DNA from: Jimgerdemannia flammicorona
Taxonomy: Eukaryota
NCBI GenBank assembly: GCA_003990765.1
Contig: RBNJ01000101.1
Span: 1-41,716 of the forward strand
Reading direction: 5' to 3'
DNA: 41,716 nucleotides
Shown here: positions 1 to 11,800 of the stretch, piece by piece
Layout of the letters: each line of letters begins with the position of its first letter
How positions within the stretch are numbered: position 1 is the stretch's first letter
Notes under the pieces: generated by a model
What the model was told of the DNA's origin: nothing
Databases searched by the model: none
What the model saw: the letters and a program-made list of their open reading frames with translations, nothing else
Made by a program: the position numbers and the translations under genes

Positions 1-3000
1 AAAAAGACTATGTCCTAAGACATCTACAATGAAGCTTGGCAAAAGATTCAAGAAGCTAAGATAGAAGTCTCTCTCCTGCAGTTCCTCTAACTGATACCAA
101 CTAGAGTTCAAAACAAACTACTGAAAATCACTAGGTCTAGTACTGGTCAAGTCTCTATTCAAGCTATAGAGAAACATATCAGCATCTATCTATATAGAGA
201 TATTGGAGAACAAAAGGTGAAAATTCTCATAGATACAGGAGCAGCTGTCTGTGTTATTGTCAAATGATTCCTGGATACCCTCCAATGGCCTATTGATGGA
301 CTATCTAACCTCAATATCATAGTAGCAGATGGAGCCCAAACCCAACCTCTTGGAGAAGTACAAAACATCACCATCTCTCTTGGTCACATTTAGTTTCCTA
401 TTTTAAAAGCTGTTGTCACTGAAGCTGTCATCTATGATATGATTCTTAGTACTAACTGTATGAAAGAAATGAATGTAGTTATTGATATCAGTTAACAAGT
501 ATACAAGTTTGACTACTGAGATAAGAAGTATAGAGTAAAGGTAACCAGTTATGAGCAATCAAAGAAAAAGAAAAAGATTACTATCCAGGAAGAATATGCC
601 AGTAGCAAAGAGTTTACCACAGAAGAGAAAGAAGAATCTGAAGATGAAAATGATCCCAGACTCAATCCCTGAATCAATCTAGTATATGACAGACTAGAAG
701 TCAATATATGAGTCAGGAATATCATCCCTGTTACAATTGGAGCTATTTCAGGATAGATCAAAAGATGCCCCATCTATCTCAAACAATACAAGTATTCCAA
801 ATACATCTAAGTTTATTAAAACAAGGAATTTACCTGGCACAGCTTACCCTGAATGCAGAAAAAGAAAAAAGAATTGTAAATATATTCCAAAGATACCTAT
901 AGCTGAAGCTACAGAAATATAAGAAATTTGGAGTCAAGAATCATTTAAGGAAGAAAAAACCCCTAAGCAAGAGGTTCCTGAACAAGAAGTACCCAAAGAA
1001 GAAAAGATCCCTAAACTCATTCCCTAAGATGACCCTTGCTAGACTCTACCAGAAGATAATGACCCCTGGAATGTTGAAAAAAGACCCAGTATAATTCCCA
1101 TTATTTCAAAGTGAGAAGCATATCAAGAAAGAGTCTTTTGGCTAGGAAGATATCTACATCAAATGGTTTTCTACTCTCCTTAAGACTACTGCTATCAATG
1201 CTATCTACTGGATCAATAAGAAAGACAGAGACCCTGTAGGCCAGAACTCTTAATTACCAAAAAGTCTCTACAAAGTTATAAAGCTGAGCTAAAGAATAAG
1301 GCCTCTTTATCTAAACAGAAATATACTCTTTGGCTATCCTTCTCTCAATCTATGATCAAGATGGATATTAATTCCCAAGACAATAAGAGATCAATAATCA
1401 AGAATAGTATTTCTAAGTAATGAGATATTGTAACCATAAAAAACACCTAGATTGTCAAGACTGCAGACACCAGAAGATTCATCTTAGCTAAGATGTTGTG
1501 GTCCACACTCTAAAGAGAGAAGACAATAGAACTCAGATTTAGAAAATTCAGACCAAGAAACCAAGAAGAAGAACCCTCAAGATCTATGATTTGGAAGAAG
1601 ATATCCTAGCTCTCATTAGATATACAACTTGCCAAGAATAGATAGAAGATGCCACCAACTTCATAGAAGCCCTAGACTCTACAGAAAAAAGAGAAATCAA
1701 CTATCTCCAAGATCTCTATACTGGAGCCAGATGGCTGTACCTCAATCTCAGAGCATAGAGGTTTTCTGCTAGTAGAGCTTCAGCCCAAGGACAGCTTGAA
1801 CTCAGCAAAGATGTTACTCAGTATGTTCTGCTACACCCTAAGGCCAAACCTCTGACCAAAGTCTATTTAGAAGATATAGAGTATAACCTCTACAGTCTGG
1901 AGGATGAACTCATTAAACCTTGAAGAACATTGATATTCAGAATAAGACTAGCTATATAGCCACTCAAAGAAACTTATATCTAACTGACCTCAAGATCTGG
2001 AATATATAGGCAAAATCAAAATTATTCTACATAATAGTGATACAGAATAGCACTGAATTCTTAAAAGATAGAAGATTGCTTAAGTAGTCTTCATAGAAGT
2101 CAAGACCCTCCAATTAAAAGAAGTCTCTAAACTGACCAAAGGAATAAGGTAAGCTGAAGGATTTGGAAGCTCAGATAAGAAGGAAGTATATCTCCTTCAG
2201 ATCAACTATCTCAAGAAGAATACCCCTCAGCAAGTATATTGCCAACCAGTCAAACTGTATAAGAATTTCATCCTAGAGCCTGAAGAGTAAACCATCTTTG
2301 AAATCTTTATACCACCCAACCCCAGAAACCTCTTCTTCAAACCTAATAAAGATATCTTGAACCTAGACATTGAGAGATATATATTCTCTGACAAGGTGAA
2401 TCTAGTATACTCCTGAGCAACTAATTAGAGCTGGGAAAGTATTATATTACTAAAAAGAACTATCATAAGACATATAGTGCCCTTTATCAACTGAACCCAC
2501 AGAGAAGTCTATGAGCTAAACTTATCAGGAAACAGTAAAAGATCTCAGAAGAAAGGAAAGACCCCTCTGCAACCCAAGAGACAGTAAAGCCTTCCACCAA
2601 TATTGGAGAAGAATTGATACCTCAGCAATGACAACAACTAGTAGAACTTCTCAACAAATATCAAGATATCTTTACTACTAATTATGGCAACCTACTATAC
2701 AATCCATTATACCACTATAGTATAAATATAGAAAATACAACATCCATCTAGCAGAAACTCTACAGAATACCTCATCACTTAAAGATATTCAAAAAGAAAT
2801 ATATTCAAGAACTCTTAGACAATAGAGTCATCTGACCCTCTACCAGCTAGTAATAATGAAGAAGAAATCAAGATCAAGATTTAGAAGATCTACCCTGATA
2901 CAGTTCTGCCAGAATATAAGTCAGAGAAGATAGCTGGAATAGATATCACTATAATAGAAGAAACCATACTTGAGCCCCAGACAACTATTCTACTCACAAC

Positions 3001-3300
3001 TGGTCTATAAATAACTATTCTAAAGAACCATATTGGGATCCTTAAGACAAGAAGCAGTCTGGGATTACTATTGAAAGAGAAGTCATTGATTTGAACTATA
3101 TTTGAGAAATACTACTTATTGCTAGGAACTACAATCTCATGATTCTGTTTCCAATCAAGAAAAAGGACTGATTGATATAGATATTGATCTTTCCAGTCCT
3201 TTAGCCAAAGATTATAGAAGTCAAGAAGTTGGAGGAAATAGAAAGAGAATAGAAAGGATTCAGATCTATAGAAAGAGGAGTATTTGTTAGTATCAAGATT
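1..3300 (+). mobile_element. Degenerate Ty3/Gypsy pol remnant A (aspartic protease, long spacer, RT N-terminus, dUTPase); extends beyond window start
   Basis: Protease motif LIDTGAAVCVI starts at 226. RT N-terminal motifs (VELLNKYQDIF...QKLYRIP...IQELLDNRVI*PSTS) at ~2600-2850. dUTPase at ~2872-3275. Many stop codons and essentially no CpG. Confidence 0.85.
2872..3275 (+). pseudogene. dUTPase domain (trimeric type) within Gypsy remnant
   Basis: Manual translation gives LPEYKSEKIAGIDI (motif 1), TRSSLG (motif 2), EVIDLNYI*EI (motif 3, GVIDxDYxGE decayed), KKD*LI*ILIF (motif 4, GDRxAQ) and ERE*KGFRSI (motif 5, RGxxGFGST). One frameshift near 3065. Confidence 0.85.
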
Positions 3301-3934
3301 ATTGAACTGGATCACAGAAAGGAGAAAATCACTATCTGCACTCCTTTCTCTACTACCTTACTGGTTACAAGATTTGGTAGGTGATCTTCCAAGTCCCCTT
3401 TCCCCTATTATTACTCCCTCTACCTCAGGTTGGTTTGCTATACCTATATAGGCATAGTGGGAGGAGAGCAATAGTGATGAGTTGCCTCTTTATCAGTGTT
3501 AGATTAGTGTCTTCTCCACTTTTTCATGGATTCTGGTGCCTTTAGCTGTATCTGGGGTATACTCATTTTGGTATGGTACCTTCTTCTTTTTATTATTACC
3601 AACAAGATATTGTCTTGGTGTGTCATGGGTTACATAGAGAGTCAGCTGATCTTGGGCATCAAGTATCTAGTGTAGGTTATCTGTAGGTCCTCAGTATCTG
3701 TAGTGGGGCCCTCTGGCTTTGGCAAGCTTCCCAGCAAGCATGGTTCTGGCATATGTGACTGTTTTTTGAGTGTTATCAGGATGGGAGGAGAGATGGCCAT
3801 TATAGATAAATTATGATAAATTAGTTGAGTACCAGGCTAGGGGTAGTCATTGGGACTGGAGTAGACAATATTTCAGTGAGGCCTTTCAATTGGCTGGTGG
3901 GGGGTGGGGTGGTGCAGGGGCTGGTATCCTGGCT

Positions 3935-4080
3935 GTATCCAACTAGAACTGAGAGCTAATGCAGTAATATGATTGAGGCCCACAGGCTTAGAGAGTGGGA
4001 TCTTCCTTATTTGGCTATATCTGACTGGAACCAGGAGTTGACATGGCAATATGATTGAGGCCCACAGGCTCAGGGAGTGG
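3935..4080. repeat. Two-copy ~81-bp tandem repeat
   Basis: Core aatatgattgaggcccacaggct at 3966-3988 and 4047-4069, with similar flanks. Confidence 0.75.
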
Positions 4081-4507
4081 AAGTGGGGTCTTTTCTGGCC
4101 CAAGCCTATGTGTAAGTCCTTTGTGTAAGATTCTGCATATAAGTCCTTTACTCACCTACTTTGAATCTGCTTTGCTCTCTATTGGTTAGTTGGGGGGTTT
4201 TTCTTTGCCTCAGGCTTTCTTTTGGAGTTTGGGGGGCTATTCTTTATTCAGTCCTGACACTGCTAGATCTGATGTATAGGTATGCTCTCACATACAAATG
4301 ATGATCCAGCCCTGGTGAGCAGATAAGTCTAGTCTATATCATAGGGGTCAATGCCAGTGTTTGACAGATATAGCTGAAGCAGTGAGACTGCTGGACAGTT
4401 TAGTAGCCTAGGTTAATGGGGGGATATTGTTCAGTGGGTGGTGGGGGAGAGTTTTGGCCTATATAGTCTAGGTTCTCTTTCAATAAAAATCTGTAGGACT
4501 ATAAGTC

Positions 4508-4511
<4 letters not shown>

Positions 4512-4561
<50 letters not shown>
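4512..4561 (+). repeat. 50-nt poly(A) tract between two retroelement segments
   Basis: Run of A seen directly. Confidence 0.9.
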
Positions 4562-4563
<2 letters not shown>

Positions 4564-4599
4564 AGGAAATCACAAACAAGTATAGCTATATCATTGAAG

Positions 4600-7500
4600 A
4601 GGAATTCCCACTCAAGAAGGAGCTCAAAAAGATACTCTACAAATTCAAGGATATCCTATCATAGATTTTAAGGATATTAAAGAAAAAACTCTATACTACT
4701 ATTATAATATATAGATACATATAAGAGACATCAAACTAATCTATCAAAAAATAAGTCCAATTTCACCAGCCTTTCACAAATAGCTCAGAGAAGAAATCAA
4801 GCAGATAGAAGAAGCCAATATCATTAAAGAAGCCAACAGTCCTTGGGCTTCACCAGTTATACTAGTTCTGAAAAAAGAAAGCAAACTAGGAGAATTTGTC
4901 CCAAGACTCTGCACTGATTACAGAAAGCTCAACCTAACTATAAAGAAGGATTACCAACCACTGCCCCTCATCAGTGACATCCTTATAACTCTGAGAGATA
5001 AAGTACAGTATTACAGCACCTTGAATTTATACTCAGAATTCTACCAGATTGGCCTTACTGAAATAATAAGTAAAAAATCAGCCTTCATCACTCCAGATAG
5101 AATCTATGTCTATCTGTAAATATCATTTGGAATATGCAATACACCAGCAAGCTTTTAGTGAATGATAAACAAAATCTTCTACTATGATATGAGAAGATAG
5201 ATGATGGTTTATATAGATAATGTTATTATCTACAGTAAGATAGTCAAAGAATATCTACAGTACATCCAGCAGATGATGAAAAGCTAAAGAAGCATGGGCT
5301 TTATATCAAGTCCAAGAAGTATAAGTTTGTAGAAATTGAGATCTCCTATCTTGGCCATATCATCAACTAAGATAGAATACATATAGATCTATTTAAGATC
5401 TAAGCAGTAGTAGCATATCCAAGGCTCACTACTATCACTGAAACCCAAGCTTTCATAGGACTTGCCTCATACTACTACAGATTTATCAGAGAATTCTCTA
5501 ATATCACAGGCTCAATTTATAAACTCAACAAGAAGGATATCAAGTTCTAATAGACTAGTAGATAATAAAAAGTATTCAATAAACTCAAAATCAGGCTGAC
5601 CTAAGCACCTATCCTCAGAAGACCTAATTGGACTCAAGAATTTATCCTGCAGACAGATGTAAGCACATAAGAACTAGGAGAATTTTTAGCTCAAAAGAAA
5701 GACAAAGTGGAGTATATCATTACATATCTAAGCTGAGAAACTTGAGAAGCTGAAAAAGAGTATGAATCCTATAAGTTAGAATATCTTGCAGTTATCTGGG
5801 CTGTAGAGAAGTTCTACTACTATCTTGTAAGAAGATACTTCACTATTCAGATAGACCACTCAGCTCTCACCTGGCTACTGATCACTAGGCAATCTAAAGG
5901 AATCTATGCCAAATGGATTATAAAGTTGTAAGCTTATGATGTAACTATTGTGTATTGTCCTAAAAGAACCAATACCAATGCAGATGCCTTCTCATAGATA
6001 CTCTGAAGGACCCCCAACCAGCAAATCAACTATGAATAAAGAACTCTACTATAGAATTATCACCTACCTGAGAGAGCAAAAGATGCTCCAATATCTGGAA
6101 GAATGAATACAAATAATTATCAATAAAACATAGAAACAATTTGAGATTAATGGAGAAATACTAAAGAAAGAAAAGCTACTAGTCATATCTGAATACAAGA
6201 AGAAACAAATAATGAAATCAGTATATAAACTTAGCTATCTAGGAGGAACAAATACCTATGAAAAAGTAAGAAAAACAATATAGTGGTCAGAAATGGAGGA
6301 AGACATCAGACAATTTGTCAAGACCTATGACAAATACCAGAAATAGAAATAAGATAAATAAAATAAGATCTTGAGATCAGCACACATAGAACTAGTATTC
6401 TTTGTATATATTGTAATAGATATAATTAGCTCTCTACCCTTAACTTTGACTGGTAACTAATATGTATATCATTATAGATCTTTTACAAAATAGATAGAGG
6501 TAGAACCTCTCAAGAAAGCCAATATATAGTCAATTACTAATTTCTTCTACAAAGAAATCATCTGCTGATTTAAGACCCCAGTATAAGTAACTACAGATAG
6601 AGAAACAGAATTCATGAATCAGTTCTTTGAGGTTCTCTATAAGAAGTATAAGATCTAGCATATTTGGACTATAGCCTATCACTTTTAGAGAAATAAATAA
6701 GTAGAAAGACTCTCAAAAACATTATTACCAAGATCTATAATAACTATAAAAACTGGAATCACTATCTGCCAACAGTATTATCTGCTCTCTGAGATATCTA
6801 ATCACAAAGTACTTATTTTACCTCTTGAGAGATGCTGTTCAGAGAAGAAAGTTCTCAAGAAACTTTATCATCTAATAGAGATGCTATATAGAAATACATA
6901 GATATAGAAATACAGAGATTATATCAAATCTGAGGATTATATAACCAAGATACAGATACTATAACTGAATAATATAGAAAAGATTCACAAGCCTCTAGAG
7001 ATTATCAAGATAGAAGACAAAGTTCTGGTATATTGGAATATAATAGAAGCTTCATAGTCATAAAAACTGAAGCCTAAGTAGAAAGAACCCTATCTTGTAT
7101 AAGATATAAAAGAAACTACCTTTTGGTATAAAAACTCTCAGACACAATCATCTCTACTACCATTTACCAAAATTGACTCAAGAAGTATTATGGCTAGTCA
7201 ATAAAGTATAGTCATAGCTCTCAAGATTACTAGTGCTGCACAATGAGCTATAGAAAGGCAATGGTGTACTACTAAGCTACCCACAATGGAGGAATTCTTC
7301 AACAGTATCCAAAGTATAGTACAGTTATATCTGTTATAAATTTCATACTTTAAGGCCTATCAGAATTAGACAGAGCTTCAAGAATACTTCAAGTTAGGAT
7401 GACTACTGAATTCATAGTAAGAGATGAGAAAAGAAGATTGAATTAGAGAGTGTCAGCTCTTCTATATTCAGATCTCTATACTAAATAAGTATATAAGTTA

Positions 7501-8283
7501 TTTAAGAAGAATGAGTCAGCCCTAGCTCACTTTTAAGAAGTAATTCCAAGAGACTTCATATAAGTCATTATTGAGATAATATGATGGCACAGATTGTATA
7601 GTATAAGAAGATACAGCTTGTGGAGACTTGGAAGTTCAAGTAAATAGGATATTTTAGAAATGAATCACCTATTCAGGAGAAAGTTGTGATGGTTGATCTA
7701 AATTAGAATATAAATCAAGAAAATAAATATTTGATCATAGTATCTGAACTCAATTCCAAAATATAGTATAGCCTTATACATAAATAGCAGTCATATTTTT
7801 ACAAATGTAGAAACTTTATAAATGTAGAAATTCTACAGATGTAGAATCTTTATAATTATAGAGATTTCACAGATATAGAAGATCTATACTTGTAGAAAAT
7901 GACTCACAGAAAACATAGTTATAACTTAGCCACCTTATAGCTAGCAAACTTATATAAATATCTCAGTATTTAGAGTAAATAAACCTCAGATCAAAATAGT
8001 TTAAGTAAAGAAAAAGCAAAGGAACTAATAAGCCTACAAGCAGATATACTTTGAACTCACCCACCCCTATATCTCAAGGACTCTATAGAGTTAAAGAAGA
8101 TCAAGTTTTCAAGATATAGAAATCCAACATACTTACATAGTTATATATTTACTATGTTATATTAATAAATATAATAAAATATCTCTTTCCACTATAGGAA
8201 GTAATATAGATTAAATTGAGTATATCAGATATATATTTTGTTCATTCCTTAAATAGATACTAAGTTGTTTTATTTTCCATACA
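4600..8283 (+). mobile_element. Degenerate Ty3/Gypsy remnant B: RT-RNase H-integrase, downstream extra ORF relic and probable 3' LTR
   Basis: RT: SPWASPVILV at 4838, CTDYRKLN, SFGICNTPASF, and YIDN (decayed YIDD) at 5210-5221. RNase H: FILQTD...KLEYLAVIWAVEKF...IDHSAL...NADAFS at ~5640-6000. Decayed integrase zinc finger and core at ~6200-6850. RT-RH-INT order is Gypsy. Confidence 0.9.
7685..8283 (+). repeat. Probable 3' LTR of Gypsy remnant B
   Basis: A purine tract (caggagaaag) precedes TGTGATGG at 7685. The segment ends in CCATACA at 8277-8283, an imperfect terminal inverted repeat, exactly where the Copia relic is cut. No second LTR is in the window to confirm. Confidence 0.5.
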
Positions 8284-10950
8284 GTCCTTATAGAAACTCT
8301 TTAGATATATTATTAATAATCTATTTACTAAACTATTTCTTATCATTCTTTTTAGGCTCAATTTTTCTATATATCCTAAATATTAATATTATATATTAGA
8401 TATATATATCAGGTATAATTGTCATATATGTAATGACTTTCATACTACTTAACATATTATTGATTATATAAAAATTATCTCATTTTGATACTATCATAAT
8501 CTTCTTATTATTCAAGTTATATACTATTGCTTTTATTGGATATATATATTTCTTTATTACTATGGACTATTATTTTACTAATTAAAAAAAGATTCTTACC
8601 TATCTTTAGAGTATATAGTATATCTTAAAAAGTACTAGCAGACTCTGTAATATTTTCATAGAGATGTATACTGATATTTTCTCTTTTTTGAGTATATATA
8701 ATATTATTATCACTTAACTTGATTAGCACTAGATGTTCAAATGGCTCATATATAGAGAACTGTTCTCAGTAAGCTATTATATATTGTGTAGCATCTGAAT
8801 CTATAAGCTATATATTATTATTATTAGCTATATTGGTATATACTTTACTTATATTATTGCTTTTTACTAGCTAAAAAATGTATGGCTTAGATATGAATAT
8901 AGATATCTTCTCCAAATACTTAGTATATATTACTTGTATATAGAATATATGTATCTCTATCTTAGTTATTATTATTTTTGATAATATTTATATTATATTA
9001 TCTTTTACTGTTATATTTCTTTCCATTACTCTTATATTATTAATATTGGCTTTCATACTTATTTTCATTATTCTTCTTATTCTTATAATAGTAGTTATTT
9101 TACATATATCTATACTTATCACAGTAATAATAGTTTCAATCAAACTTAAATTTGTGTTTTTGATCTTCTTATCTTATCTCATAATCTGTAGAATACTTTC
9201 TCATCATTGTTATTATTACTATTTTCTTGACATATCTCTTTATTGATGAGACTTATTGTTATATAGATATAATCTATGAGTTTTCTACTTTTACATATAG
9301 CTGCTACTACAATATTATATATCTCAGTGAGATCTCTTATAAGGGTCAAAACCTTATCTTTATTACTAATATACTCTACTAATATACTTAGGAAATTCAC
9401 TTGATTTATCAGATTATTAATATATTTAGCATATTCATAGATACTTTTCTTAAGCTTTATTATAATTGAATAATTGAGATTTTAGATGGAATCAATTCAA
9501 TAAGAATGTTTATATATAATTATTATATAGAGTCTCCTATATATTATAGGCTATTATAGTATATATTTAAGCTTTATTTGTTAGTTTGATAATATAAAGA
9601 TAATCTCTTCTAAACTTAATAATTATTTATAGTATTATAATCTTGAATCTATATTTATAGTTTTATATACTCTATCAATCTATACTCTTCTAAGAGATTG
9701 CTTATAAAGAATATCTAAATGGTATAATTCTTATCAGCAAAGATAGATATAGACCTCTTGGCTATATTTATACTAGCTATAGAAACTGTGATCATTATAT
9801 CTATTTTAGAGATATCTATATCTGTTTATAATTCTAAATCATATATATTTATATATTAAGTAATATAACTCAAAGATGATATAGTTATATATATATAAGG
9901 TACATTATTAAGATATATAATAATGAGAATTTCAATACTATATATAATATTACTAAGATATTGATTGAGCTATAGACTAGTGGTTTTAATAAAGTAGCTA
10001 TTAAGTCTACTATAATTCTAGATAAACTTGATATTCTTGATAGTAGTTTTGTAATCATACTAGAACTACTAGTATCAGGTTCAGGGGTTTCTTAATTATT
10101 ATTTTAAGTCAGAATAATATAGTAGAGACTTTACTGAATCTGATAGCCTATAATCCTCATTATTAAATTATCTTTATTTATATATAGAAGCCTTAATAGT
10201 AGAGATAAAACTTTCTTTAATTAGTGTAATATCTCTTATAGTTCAAAAAAAGTCTTAACTTTATAGTAGCAATCATTAAAGAGGAAATTTAAAAAATATT
10301 CACTTGTAGCTTTGATAGATTTCTATATATATTTCTCATAAAAGTAGTTATTAATTAATTTTTTAAACTCTTCTTTGATACCTTGAGTATAGATAATCTC
10401 TTTATTGAGTATAATGAATATGTCAAATACTTTTTAAATAGTTTTATTGTTGAGTTTGTTAAATTTCTCTTAGCTGATATATATGAGTCTTAGTCTACTT
10501 AGTAATAATTCTATTGACTTCTTTAGCTTAGTTCTGAGGAGTAGCTAGAGTGAAGATATTTCTTAATTTTATATTACTATTAGTATTAATGATGGGTTCT
10601 TGTGAGGTTTTCTATACTTATAGTAGATTTTTAAGAGAGGTTACTTGTAGATAGAAGAAACTTTCACTGCTATTAAATTTTAATAAAACTATATACTGAT
10701 AGAATTATATATTATAGATAATTAGAGATAATTATTAGCTTTAAGTTCTAAGTTCTATAAAGAAGTACTAAGTTCCTTCTATCTATTGTAGAGATATAAT
10801 CTAAATATCACTTTCAGATTTTTATACTAAGTAGAGATATTGTACTTATATTCCAAGTTGATCAGGCTTAAAATTATTAACAAGTTGGATCTGAGAGTTT
10901 TTGATAAGAATACTTCTTTATTCTTAAGAGAGAAAAAGCCAAACTGGAGT
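8284..10950 (-). mobile_element. Extremely decayed Ty1/Copia relic (gag - protease - GAG-pre-integrase), truncated at the Gypsy LTR
   Basis: Minus strand reads LIDSDATQYII (Copia protease LDSGATxHM) at ~8775-8807 and DILYTLKIGKNLFLISK (nVLYVPxLxxNLLS) at ~8575-8625. I*Y*YLGYI...MIRNSLVNRL...FYKDC (WHxRLGH...CxxC) lies at ~8284-8395. The upstream boundary is approximate. Confidence 0.7.
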
Positions 10951-11329
10951 TATATATAATATACTCAGTATAGAGAATATTTATACTATAGCTAAATATA
11001 ATATACTAGTATAGTTATACTATATATATATATATAATATTTATGACTATTATATTAGAAATTCTATTGTAAATTCCATTGAAAATTCTGTTGTAATTTC
11101 CAGTAGCTTGTAATGAACCATTATAGTTTTCATTAAGTTAATATATTTTGAAGTTAGGATAAAATTTTGAATTAAATCAGACCTCAATTCAATTCAAACT
11201 TAATTCAATTTGATGACTTCCAATTTGATTTAATTGATTTGTTTGAGAGCACTAAGTAGTGCTCCGAACAAGTCAATTCAAATCAAATCTGGATTTGATT
11301 CGTCACATGACAGTTTGATTCAAATCTCA

Positions 11330-11700
11330 AATCCGAAGCCATCCGAATCAACTCAGATTTAATCTGAATCACCCCATCTGAATCACCCCATCTGAATCAC
11401 CCATCCGAACCACCCCAATCTGAATCACTCAATCCAAATCACTCAATCCAAATCGCCCCATCTGAATCGCCCCATCCGAATCACCCCATCCGAGTCACCC
11501 ATCTGAATCATCCATCCGAACCACCCCAATCCGAATCACTCAATCCGAATCACTCAATCTGAATCACTCAATCTGAATCACTCAATCCGAATCACTCAAT
11601 TTGAATCCTTCAATTCAAATCCTTCAATTCGAATCCTCCAATTCGAATCTTTCAATCTGAATCCTCATCTGAATCCTTCAACTGAATCCTCCAATCCAAA
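11330..11700 (+). repeat. Left subterminal tandem array (~14-bp units TCCGAATCACCCCA / TCCGAATCACTCAA)
   Basis: About 20 or more visible units, many with CG>TG decay (TCTGAA). Such arrays are typical transposase-binding repeats of hAT elements. Confidence 0.85.
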
Positions 11701-11800
11701 TTCTCCACATGACTCATATGCTGGATGCGTCTACAATACAACATACATATATGCATACACATATATACATACACATGCACACACAAACATACAAACACAC

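Noticed and set aside
4438-4671. Poly-Lys ORF
   Set aside because: Artefact of the 50-nt A tract.
9046-9400. Hydrophobic Ile/Leu-rich ORFs
   Set aside because: By-product of AT-rich hypermutated Copia sequence.
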